IMG/VR virus record: IMGVR_UViG_3300032247_000383
Location: 1-26,422 of that record
DNA length: 26,422 bases
Source: a virus
Taxonomy: Duplodnaviria; Caudoviricetes
Strand: one strand, 5' to 3'
Part shown: piece after piece, positions 16,653 to 24,683 of the stretch
How the letters are laid out: every line of letters starts with the position of its first letter
How positions within the stretch are numbered: position 1 is the stretch's first letter
Program-made: the position numbers and the translations under genes
The notes under the pieces: generated by a model
Database searches by the model: none
The model's input: only the letters and a program-made list of their open reading frames with translations
Told to the model about the DNA's origin: nothing

Positions 16653-17098
16653 TTTTCTCCCTCGTATGGCAAAACATAGATTATTTCGCCCTTAAAAAGA
16701 ACCCTCTCAGCCGGCACAAACCTACCTGTGTTGTAGACATGCTCTTTGTAGATCCAAGACAGTGTTTTTGCAAAAAAAAGGGGGTTTCGCCAAGCCCCCG
16801 GTTTTGTCTCAATGTCGTAATTAGGCAAAGCGTAGCCAGCGTCAAAAATATCTTGCACACGGTCAAACTTTTTCATTTTTTCTTTTGCGATAAGTTTTCT
16901 TAATTCAATTATTTCGTCCGTTATTTTGTTTTTTGCAATGTGGTATGCAAGCACTTTTGCGTCTGCGTCATGATAAGCGGCGGGGTTTTCTTTAAACGTA
17001 GCAAATGCGTCCTCCCGTGCACCATAGACCTTTGGCCTGCCAACGCGATGTTCTTTAAGCTGTGTTTCGGCTTTGTCAAGTTGTTCTTGTAGCGTCAT
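16649..17098 (-). CDS. Hypothetical protein
   Basis: 149 aa; ATGA overlaps; AT-richer than flanks. Confidence 0.7.
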   Translation of the reverse strand: MTLQEQLDKAETQLKEHRVGRPKVYGAREDAFATFKENPAAYHDADAKVLAYHIAKNKITDEIIELRKLIAKEKMKKFDRVQDIFDAGYALPNYDIETKPGAWRNPLFFAKTLSWIYKEHVYNTGRFVPAERVLFKGEIIYVLPYEGEK

Positions 17099-17421
17099 TT
17101 TTTAACCCCAAAAAAAGTATCCAAGTGAATTACGCCGTCGCACCACCATAGGAAATGCTCCAGCCAATATGCGGCAGCGTCGTCGCCGGCAACTAAGGCG
17201 CGGTCGCAGTAGTCATTGATCTTTGTTGCAGCCGTGTGCAAATGGCACAAAGCAGCAACGTAATCTTTATCTTCAAGTGCTCCTTCGTGAACCAATCGGT
17301 AATTTGACTGAGATGCCGCAAGCGTGTGTTTGTCAAACGATGGCCTCCACGCTATGTGTTTGCCCATTGACGTACATCGTTTAAGACATCGCCGAATCGG
17401 TTCAAAATTTTGCCCAGCCAT
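17095..17421 (-). CDS. Hypothetical protein
   Basis: Fills the gap between VRR-NUC and the next gene; start uncertain (ATG 17421 or a later Met). Confidence 0.55.
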   Translation of the reverse strand: MAGQNFEPIRRCLKRCTSMGKHIAWRPSFDKHTLAASQSNYRLVHEGALEDKDYVAALCHLHTAATKINDYCDRALVAGDDAAAYWLEHFLWWCDGVIHLDTFFGVKK

Positions 17422-17671
17422 CAATTTGCTCCTTTGTCCATAAACACGCATAGCGCTGGTTGAGCAGCGCCATGTCCGACATAAAAATTTTCTGCAAGGG
17501 CGACAACCTGCCACCCTTGGTCTTCAACTCCACAAACCATGTCGTGCCATCAGGCAAACAAGCAATCCGGTCAGCCACACCTTTGCGCCCAGGTGAGGTG
17601 AACTTCCACGTCTTGCCGCCCATGCGTTCCACAGTCCAAACGAAGTATTTTTCAATTTCTTTTTCAAGCAT
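17402..17671 (-). CDS. VRR-NUC domain nuclease
   Basis: 'EKEIE', 'SPGRKGVADR', 'FVELKTKGGRLSPLQ' PD-(D/E)XK VRR-NUC signature. Confidence 0.92.
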   Translation of the reverse strand: MLEKEIEKYFVWTVERMGGKTWKFTSPGRKGVADRIACLPDGTTWFVELKTKGGRLSPLQKIFMSDMALLNQRYACLWTKEQIDGWAKF

Positions 17672-17711
17672 GTCAAAAAGTTTAGCACACTTTTATTTTT
17701 TATGCTACAGT
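17672..17711. promoter_or_regulatory. Overlapping divergent sigma70-type promoters
   Basis: +: TAGCAC(17683-88)-17 bp-TACAGT(17706-11) with extended TG; -: TAGCAT(17707-02)-17 bp-TAAACT(17684-79) with extended TG; only strand-divergence point in the window. Confidence 0.68.
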
Positions 17712-17740
17712 CAAGGCTCATTAACTAAAGGAGAGTCCAC

Positions 17741-17893
17741 ATGGAACTGAAAATCACCACCAAAGAAGCAGAGCAAATTCTGCTGGAATGGGCGCAAGCC
17801 AGATTCCCAGATGCCTTCAATTCAGTAGAAATCAAAACCTACACATACGATGTCAAATTCACTAAAGAGGAAACACCAGATGCAGCACAGTAA
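17741..17893 (+). CDS. Small hypothetical protein (not in ORF track)
   Basis: MELKITTKEAEQILLEWAQARFPDAFNSVEIKTYTYDVKFTKEETPDAAQ (50 aa); AAGGAG RBS. Confidence 0.75.
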   Translation: MELKITTKEAEQILLEWAQARFPDAFNSVEIKTYTYDVKFTKEETPDAAQ

Positions 17894-19001
17894 CATCGTC
17901 GGCGGCTCGACCGCCAAGCGCGTCATTAACTGCCCAGGCTCAGTGGCTTTGGTGCAAAAGATGCCGCCCCAGCCCAGCAACAAATACGCCGATGAGGGCA
18001 CGCTGTTGCACAACGTCATCGCTGAGATCGTAATGACCGACAACCCGCCCGAGCACTACTTGGGCACCAGGTACGAAGATCAAGTGCTGACCCAAGAGTT
18101 GATCGACAACAAGCTCAAAGTGGCCATGGCCGCGCTCGATGAGATTGACCCAAACAAGGAGATGGAAATTGAAGCTGAAACTCGCGTTGGCTTTGGCGAT
18201 CTACTGCCTGGTGTGTTTGGGTCTACTGACCTTATCGGACGTATCAGAAACCGTGCAATTGTTCTTGATTGGAAGTTTGGTGATGGTGTTGCTGTGGAAG
18301 TAGAAGAGAACCCGCAGCTCATGTTCTACGCCGCTGCGGCCATGCGCACTGAAGCCGCCAAGTGGGCCTTTGATGGCGTCGATGAGATCGAGTGCGTGAT
18401 CGTGCAGCCGCCCCAGGTCAAGCGCTGGGTGACCACACCGAAGCGCATCGCTGAGTTTGAGTTGCAGTTGGTGCAGGCCGTCAAGCTGGCGCAAAAGCCA
18501 GATGCTGAACTCAAGACCGGCGACCACTGCCGCTGGTGCGCAGCCAAGCCCATCTGCCCACAGATGACCGGCGCTGTTGATCGGGCCTTGAAGACATCTA
18601 TCGAGTCAATTGATGCGCCGGCACTTGGCGCGTACTTGGCCAACGCTGATATGCTAGAAGATTGGATCAAAGACTTGCGTGCGCTGGCGCACCAAATCCT
18701 TGACAGCGGGGCGTCAGTTCCAGGGTATAAACTGGTGGCCAAACGTGGCACACGTCAATGGACAGATGAAAGCAAAGCGGCGGCGGCGCTGCTTGAGGTA
18801 GGTGTTTCGCCATACAAAGAACCCGAGGTCATTTCTCCAGCGCAAGCTGAGAAAGAACTCAAAAAGAGCAAGTTGACATTGCCCGACGATCTCGTCGTGT
18901 CAGTGTCATCAGGCACCACCATAGCGCTGGAGAGCGATCCCCGGCCTGCGGTGGTTCAAATCGGGAAGCAGTTAACTGCAGCCCTTTCTAAACTTCAATA
19001 A
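17880..19001 (+). CDS. DUF2800 / Cas4-like PD-(D/E)XK exonuclease
   Basis: Probable start ATG 17880 (GAGG RBS); 'CPGS', 'EGTLLH', 'GSTD', 'DWKFG', 'QLMFYA', 'CRWC....CP' (four Cys). Confidence 0.88.
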   Translation: MQHSNIVGGSTAKRVINCPGSVALVQKMPPQPSNKYADEGTLLHNVIAEIVMTDNPPEHYLGTRYEDQVLTQELIDNKLKVAMAALDEIDPNKEMEIEAETRVGFGDLLPGVFGSTDLIGRIRNRAIVLDWKFGDGVAVEVEENPQLMFYAAAAMRTEAAKWAFDGVDEIECVIVQPPQVKRWVTTPKRIAEFELQLVQAVKLAQKPDAELKTGDHCRWCAAKPICPQMTGAVDRALKTSIESIDAPALGAYLANADMLEDWIKDLRALAHQILDSGASVPGYKLVAKRGTRQWTDESKAAAALLEVGVSPYKEPEVISPAQAEKELKKSKLTLPDDLVVSVSSGTTIALESDPRPAVVQIGKQLTAALSKLQ

Positions 19002-19009
19002 GGACTATC

Positions 19010-19642
19010 ATGTCAAATTTAGTAGCGTTTTCTCAGGCGGGCTTGCCCGCAGTCTCCACCCTCTCGACCGCTTTGCGCGCGATCCAAGCAGACGTGGGCC
19101 CAGTCGGCACGGTCATCCTAAAAATGGACAAGACCGGCCACTGGGTTTTCGGTGCCGATCAAACCGAAGTGGAAGACGACTCCACCTGGGCCATCAATCC
19201 TTTCAGCTTTGTCCATGGCTTTATCGCCTGGGGCGATGGTGAAGTGCTGGCCGAGAAGATGGCGTCGGTGTCCCAACCGCTGCCCGAGCTTGATGAGGCG
19301 CCCCCCGGCGCCAAAAAAGGCTGGGAAACACAAGTGGGCATGAGCCTCAAGTGCATCAGCGGTGAAGACAAGGGCATGGAAGCGCGGTACACCACCACGT
19401 CAGTGGGCGGCAAACGCGCTGTGCAAACTTTGGCTGTGGCGTTGGCAGAGCAGGTTGAAAAAGACCAAACAAAGCCAGTGGCAATTGTGACCCTCAAAAA
19501 AGATCACTACGCCCACAAAAGCTACGGCAAAATCTACACCCCGGTTTTCGAGGTGATTGAATGGGTCAGCATGGATGGCGAGCCTGAAGTTGCTGAAGAA
19601 GCACCGGCTGCACCAGCAGGTCGTCGTCGTCGGTCTGCTTAA
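19010..19642 (+). CDS. Probable single-stranded DNA-binding protein
   Basis: 210 aa; between nuclease and polymerase as in APSE-type modules; 'YAHKSYGKIYTPVFEVIEW'; acidic tail. Confidence 0.6.
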   Translation: MSNLVAFSQAGLPAVSTLSTALRAIQADVGPVGTVILKMDKTGHWVFGADQTEVEDDSTWAINPFSFVHGFIAWGDGEVLAEKMASVSQPLPELDEAPPGAKKGWETQVGMSLKCISGEDKGMEARYTTTSVGGKRAVQTLAVALAEQVEKDQTKPVAIVTLKKDHYAHKSYGKIYTPVFEVIEWVSMDGEPEVAEEAPAAPAGRRRRSA

Positions 19643-19649
19643 ATGAGGT

Positions 19650-19675
19650 GGCAGGGCTTCGGCCCTGCCTTTTTT
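19650..19675 (+). terminator. Intrinsic terminator
   Basis: ggcagggc-TTCG-gccctgcc 8-bp stem with cUUCGg loop, then tttttt. Confidence 0.85.
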
Positions 19676-20264
19676 ATGAAAATTTTAAATTTGTACGCCG
19701 GTATCGGCGGTAACCGTAGCCTATGGGGGGGGGTGTGAAGTGACAGCAGTCGAATACTCACCCGAGATCGCCAAGGTTTACGCGCAGTTATACCCACAGG
19801 ATACTGTTGTGGTCGGCGACGCAGTTGCGTATCTGGAAGCGCACTATGCGGAGTTTGACTTTATATGGGCCAGCCCGCCTTGCCCGAGCCATGGCCAATA
19901 CCGGCATAACGTCGGCGTGATCGGCAAAGGCTTTGCACCCATCATGCCTGACATGACGCTGTACGCGCAGATCGTGTTTTTGCAACACTACGCCAAGGGC
20001 AAATGGGTTGTCGAAAACGTCAAACCATACTATGAGCCTCTGGTCAGGCCCACGTTTGAAATGCAACGCCATCTTTTCTGGTCAAACTTTGAAGTAGCGC
20101 CGCGCAGGTTTGATAAGGCTGACATCCGACACAAGAACAAGATTTCAGACTTTGACGGCCATGAGATAGTCGCCGCCAGCAAGATACCAAACAAAAGGCA
20201 AGCGCTGCGCAACTGCGTTGATGCTGAGTTGGGTCTGCACATTTTGACGGCGGCAACGGCATGA
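19676..20264 (+). pseudogene. C5-cytosine DNA methyltransferase, frameshifted in a G9 tract
   Basis: ATG 19676 gives MKILNLYAGIGGNRSLWGGV* (motif I; stop 19736-38); the +1 frame continues CEVTAVEY...FDFIWASPPC (motif IV)...VVENV (motif VI)...QRH..WSN; removing one G gives a 195-aa protein. Confidence 0.85.
19725..19733 (+). repeat. G9 homopolymer tract
   Basis: ctat-ggggggggg-tgtgaa; longest G/C run I noticed in the window. Confidence 0.9.
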
Positions 20265-22171
20265 CTCTTTGGCTAGACTTTGAAACCCGTAGCGCCTGCG
20301 ACCTAAAAGCCGCAGGCGTTTACAACTACGCTCAAGATGCAAGCACCGAAGTGCTGTGCATGTCCTACGCCTTTGGCGATGATGACGTCCAGACATGGCT
20401 GCCCAGCCAACCCTTTCCCGCTCAGGTCAAAGATTACAAAGGTGTAATCTACGCCCACAACGCTGCGTTCGAGCGCCTCATTTTTTGGTACGTTTTGCAG
20501 ATCAACTTTGATTTAACACAGTTCTACTGCACCGCAGCCCAAGCCCGCGCCAACTGTGCGCCGGGTTCGCTTGAAGACGTGGGGCGCTTTGCTGGCGCGT
20601 CCATGAAGAAAGACCATCGCGGCTCGCAATTGATCCGCTTGCTGTCAATCCCCCGCGCTGATGGGACGTTCAACAACGACCCCGAACTGATGGCCGAGAT
20701 GGTGGCCTACTGCGAGCAAGACGTCCGCACCATGCGCTCGATCAGTAAGGCGCTGCGGCCATTGTCAGAGGATGAGTTAAGCGACTACCACGTCAACGAA
20801 CGCATCAACGACCGAGGCGTCTTGGTCGATGTGCCCTTATGCAAGGCCGCTGTGAAGTACGCCAGCGATGAGTTGATCGAGATCGAGCAGATCGTGGCCG
20901 AGGTCACCGAGGGCGCCATCACCAGCGTGCGCTCCCCCAAAATGCGCCAGTGGGTCATCGAGCGTGTGGGCCCGCAAGCGCTCAAGCTCATGGAGAAGGA
21001 CGGTAAGTACAGCATCGACAAGACTGTGCGGGCCAATTTACTAAACTGTGAGGATGTCCCACCCCATGTTCAAAAAGTCATTCAGTGCGCCGACGACCTT
21101 TGGGCGTCGTCGGTTGCGAAGTTCAGCCGCCTTGCAAGCCTGGCAGATGTCGAGGACAACCGAGTTCGAGGCGCGTTTGTATTCGCAGGCGGCAGCGCCA
21201 CAGGCAGAGCCAGCAGCTACGGAGCCCAGGTTCACAATTTCACTCGCAAGTGCGCCGAATCGCCCGAGGACGTTAGAACTGCAATGGTCAGAGGCCATTC
21301 AATTGTTCCTCGATTTGGAAAGCGCGTTACTGATGTCCTCAAGGGGATGCTCAGGCCCGCACTGATACCCGCCAAGGGAAAGTCCCTAGTGGTGGCCGAT
21401 TGGGCAGCCATCGAAGCCCGCGCCAACCCATGGTTGTCTGGCCGTGGGGACGACAAGCTGGCCATTTTTGCCCAAGGCGAGGATGTGTACAAGGTCAACG
21501 CCGCCGCCACCTTTGGTGTGCGGGTCGATGAGGTAACCAAAGATCAACGCCAGATCGGCAAGGTGCAAGAGCTTGCCTGCGGCTTTGCCGGCGGCGTGGG
21601 TGCCTTTGCAGCCATGGGCCGCGCCTACGGCGTGCAACTCACTGAGTTTGAATCCAAGCGCATGGTGGACGCATGGCGTAGGGCCAACCCTTGGTCTGTG
21701 CCTTACTGGCAAAACCTTGAAGAAGCCTACACCCGCGCCATGCGAAACAAGGGCCATGAGTTCAGCGTGGGCCGGGTCACGTACCTGTTCGATGGCCAGC
21801 ATCTCTGGTACGCTCTGCCCTCCGGGCGGGTGCTGTGCTACCCGTTTGCCAAGCTGGACGCCGATGGCGTGAGCTACGCCAAGGCCGCTTGGAAACCCGC
21901 AGCGGATGCAAAAGAATGGCCGCGAGCCCGCCTTTGGAAAGGGTTGGCGTGTGAGAATATCACACAGGCCACCGCCAACGATTTGCTGCGCCATACGCTG
22001 CGTCAGCTTGATGACGTGGTGCTCCACGTCCATGACGAAGTGGTCATTGAGACCGACCGGCCAGAAGAGATGGCCGTGCGATTGAAAGAGGTGATGTGTA
22101 CGCCGCCCGAGTGGGCCAAGGGCTTGCCCCTTGACGCAGAGGTGGCGATCATGTCGAGATACGGCAAGTAA
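20261..22171 (+). CDS. DNA polymerase family A with 3'-5' exonuclease
   Basis: ExoI 'LDFETRS', ExoII 'AHNAAFE', ExoIII 'YCEQD', motif A 'DWAAIEAR', motif B 'RQIGKVQELACGF', motif C 'VHDE'. Confidence 0.95.
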   Translation: MTLWLDFETRSACDLKAAGVYNYAQDASTEVLCMSYAFGDDDVQTWLPSQPFPAQVKDYKGVIYAHNAAFERLIFWYVLQINFDLTQFYCTAAQARANCAPGSLEDVGRFAGASMKKDHRGSQLIRLLSIPRADGTFNNDPELMAEMVAYCEQDVRTMRSISKALRPLSEDELSDYHVNERINDRGVLVDVPLCKAAVKYASDELIEIEQIVAEVTEGAITSVRSPKMRQWVIERVGPQALKLMEKDGKYSIDKTVRANLLNCEDVPPHVQKVIQCADDLWASSVAKFSRLASLADVEDNRVRGAFVFAGGSATGRASSYGAQVHNFTRKCAESPEDVRTAMVRGHSIVPRFGKRVTDVLKGMLRPALIPAKGKSLVVADWAAIEARANPWLSGRGDDKLAIFAQGEDVYKVNAAATFGVRVDEVTKDQRQIGKVQELACGFAGGVGAFAAMGRAYGVQLTEFESKRMVDAWRRANPWSVPYWQNLEEAYTRAMRNKGHEFSVGRVTYLFDGQHLWYALPSGRVLCYPFAKLDADGVSYAKAAWKPAADAKEWPRARLWKGLACENITQATANDLLRHTLRQLDDVVLHVHDEVVIETDRPEEMAVRLKEVMCTPPEWAKGLPLDAEVAIMSRYGK

Positions 22172-22196
22172 AAAGCCCGCTGGCAGGCGGGCTCTT
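22170..22196. terminator. Hairpin / terminator between polymerase and primase
   Basis: aaaa-agcccgc-tggcag-gcgggct-ctt; the A-run gives a better U-tract on the minus strand. Confidence 0.55.
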
Positions 22197-22209
22197 AAAG
22201 GAGAACAAG

Positions 22210-24477
22210 TTGGAATTTCTGGATTTTATTACAAAACTTGCCCCAAGTGGCGAGACAGCGTTAATTGTCAGACAAAAACCACAGTTGAAAGACGGCGAGA
22301 TACAACTGCACGCCGATGGGGCCGTCAAATGCACCTGGCCGGCATTCCTGCCCGCCAAGGGTATCCGCGAGGGTCAGGCATGGTACGCCAACACGGCCAG
22401 CTTTATCATCGACCGGTTCGCCGAGGGCCGGGTGTCAGCGTCAGCGGCCAACTGCGAGTACATCCTGGTCATGATGCTGGACGACATTGGCACCAAGTCC
22501 AAGACACCCCCGCTTGACCCGACTTGGATCATGGAGACCTCCCCCGGTTCATTCCAGTGGGGCTATGCCTTCAGCGACCAGCCCACCAAGGCCGAGTTCA
22601 GCGCGGCCATCAAAGCCATCGCCGAGGCGGGCTACACTGACCCCGGCGCCTGCAACCCGGTGCGCAACTTTCGCTTGCCTGGTTCAGTCAACCTCAAACC
22701 GGGCCGCGACAACTTCGCCGCGCGCCTGGTGGAGTTTGATTCAAACAGAGAATACACACTAGGTACTATTTGCGATACCTTGGGTGTGACACCAGTCGAA
22801 CCCGACTCGCTCACCTTGCGCCCGATCCGCATCAGCGATGATGGCGCGGATGACGTGATGGCGTGGCTTTCCGGCCAGGGTTTGCTGCTCTCCAAGCCCA
22901 ATGGCGAGGGCTGGGCGGGCGTCATCTGCCCCAACAGCGCCGAGCATACCGACGGCAACCCAGAGGGGCGCTATATGCCCGCCAACCGGGCCTATTGTTG
23001 CCTGCACTCGCATTGCGTTGACTTCGATTCCCGCGCCTTTTTGACGTGGGTGGCCGACCAAGGTGGCCCCGCCCACACCCCCGGCCTGCGCGAGGAGCTG
23101 CTCACCCAAGCCATGGAGTCAGCTTTGAGTAAGTTAGCCTCCACGGCCGACTATCCAGACGAAGCCGCCCGCGTCATCGCCGAGGTGGAGCGCAAAGAGC
23201 TTGGCCGCATCCAGATGGCCGAGTGGTGGGACAGGTTTGCGTATATACAAACCGACGACGGGTACTTTGATATGCAAGACCGGCGCGAGTTGTCGCGGGG
23301 CACGTTCAACGCCTTATATCGTCACATCAAGTGCATTTCTGTGCATAACAACAAGCGCAAGGTCGAGGCGTCCTACGCCTTTGATGAGCACCGCCAAGCC
23401 AAGGGCGGCAAGGCGTTGGTGGGCATTACCTACGCCGCAGGCGAGACTGTATTGGTCGCCCGCGATGGGCAAGTGTACGGCAACCGATGGCGCGATGCCC
23501 GCCCTAAGCCCATCGCGGGCGACGTGTCCCAATGGATGCGCCACCTGGAGCGCATGGTGCCCGAGCCCTTCGAGCGTGAGCACCTTTTGAATGCCTTGGC
23601 TCATAAGGTGCAATTTCCAGCGCACAAGATCAACCACGCCATCTTGATGGGTGGCAACCATGGTAGCGGCAAAGACACCCTTTTCGCCCCTTTCTTCTGG
23701 GCCATTGGCGGCAAAGCCAAGGTCAATTGCTCACTGGTCAAGAACGAAGAACTGACCTCCCAATGGGGTTACGCGCTGGAGTGCGAGGTGATGGAAATCG
23801 CCGAGCTCAGGCAGGCCGAGGCCAAAGACCGCAGGGCGTTGGAGAACACGTTAAAGCCCATCATCGCCGCGCCCCCTGAGTTGTTGCCGGTCAACCGCAA
23901 GGGCTTGCACCCATACATGGCTTTGAACCGCGTCTTCGTGATCGCGTTTTCTAATGAACGCGCCGCCATCAGCATTCCCTCAGAGGATCGCCGCTGGTTT
24001 TGCCTTTGGTCAGACGCGCCTAAACTAGCGGAAGCTCAGGCGGTGAGCTTGTGGAACTGGTACCAACACCGGGGCGGGTTCGAGGCCGTGGCGGCATACC
24101 TGCACACGCGAGACGTGTCCGCGTGGAATCCAAACGCCGCGCCCCCGATGACCGAAGCCAAGGCCATCATGGTCGAGCACGGCATGAGCGGCGCGGAGTC
24201 CTGGTTGCTTGACCAGATGCGCCGCCGCGTGGGCGAGTTTGCGCGGGGTGTGGTGGGCTCGCCCTTCCATGGCCTTTGCGACCGCTTGCAAGGCCAAGCG
24301 CAACCCGTGGGCACCAAGATTGTCCCCGCCGCTCTTTTGCACGCCCTCAAAGAGGCCGGATGGGTTGATTGTGGGCGGTTGGCCTCTCGCGCTCATTCCA
24401 CTCGCAAACACATATTCTGCGCCCCCGATATGTTGGCGACTTCAAAATCAGACCTGCGGGCTTTGGTTGAGGTATAA
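22210..24477 (+). CDS. Primase-helicase (RepB-like primase, Zn-binding region, SF3/D5-like helicase)
   Basis: 'MLDDIG', 'METSPGSFQWGY', 'RLPGSVN', 'CPNSAEH...CLHSHC', Walker A 'GNHGSGKDT', 'FSN', 'DRRW'; TTG start with AAGGAG RBS. Confidence 0.88.
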   Translation: MEFLDFITKLAPSGETALIVRQKPQLKDGEIQLHADGAVKCTWPAFLPAKGIREGQAWYANTASFIIDRFAEGRVSASAANCEYILVMMLDDIGTKSKTPPLDPTWIMETSPGSFQWGYAFSDQPTKAEFSAAIKAIAEAGYTDPGACNPVRNFRLPGSVNLKPGRDNFAARLVEFDSNREYTLGTICDTLGVTPVEPDSLTLRPIRISDDGADDVMAWLSGQGLLLSKPNGEGWAGVICPNSAEHTDGNPEGRYMPANRAYCCLHSHCVDFDSRAFLTWVADQGGPAHTPGLREELLTQAMESALSKLASTADYPDEAARVIAEVERKELGRIQMAEWWDRFAYIQTDDGYFDMQDRRELSRGTFNALYRHIKCISVHNNKRKVEASYAFDEHRQAKGGKALVGITYAAGETVLVARDGQVYGNRWRDARPKPIAGDVSQWMRHLERMVPEPFEREHLLNALAHKVQFPAHKINHAILMGGNHGSGKDTLFAPFFWAIGGKAKVNCSLVKNEELTSQWGYALECEVMEIAELRQAEAKDRRALENTLKPIIAAPPELLPVNRKGLHPYMALNRVFVIAFSNERAAISIPSEDRRWFCLWSDAPKLAEAQAVSLWNWYQHRGGFEAVAAYLHTRDVSAWNPNAAPPMTEAKAIMVEHGMSGAESWLLDQMRRRVGEFARGVVGSPFHGLCDRLQGQAQPVGTKIVPAALLHALKEAGWVDCGRLASRAHSTRKHIFCAPDMLATSKSDLRALVEV

Positions 24478-24506
24478 GACAGTGCCCCCGCCTACGGCGT
24501 GGACAC

Positions 24507-24531
24507 AAAAAAAGCCCCCGTGAGGGGGCTT
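24507..24531 (-). terminator. Intrinsic terminator at the convergence point
   Basis: aagccccc-gtga-gggggctt with an A7 run on its left, which is a U-tract for the leftward transcript. Confidence 0.8.
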
Positions 24532-24549
24532 GTGAGGCTTGGCAACTGC

Positions 24550-24609
24550 TCAAAGATCGAGCAGAAGTGCAAGTATAGCGGCAAGGATCACCGCGCAGAT
24601 CAACGCCAT
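24550..24609 (-). CDS. 19-aa hydrophobic peptide (not in ORF track)
   Basis: MALICAVILAAILALLLDL; G-rich RBS; ends just before the terminator. Confidence 0.5.
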   Translation of the reverse strand: MALICAVILAAILALLLDL

Positions 24610-24683
24610 GCGCCCCCCTTGGGCGGTGGGGGTGCCGGTGGCGCGTAGCGTCTCAGAATGTCTTCAAAGATCGGATGTAGCAT
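24600..24683 (-). CDS. 27-aa proline-rich peptide (not in ORF track)
   Basis: MLHPIFEDILRRYAPPAPPPPKGGAWR; GGAGG RBS; overlaps both neighbours. Confidence 0.5.
   Translation of the reverse strand: MLHPIFEDILRRYAPPAPPPPKGGAWR

Noticed and set aside
16772-16784. A8-G5 homopolymer as a second phase-variable or slippery site
   Set aside because: The 16649-17098 ORF reads through intact and no alternative-frame domain is evident.
19740-20264. The ORF-track 174-aa protein as a complete gene
   Set aside because: It lacks MTase motif I, which is encoded upstream in another frame from ATG 19676.
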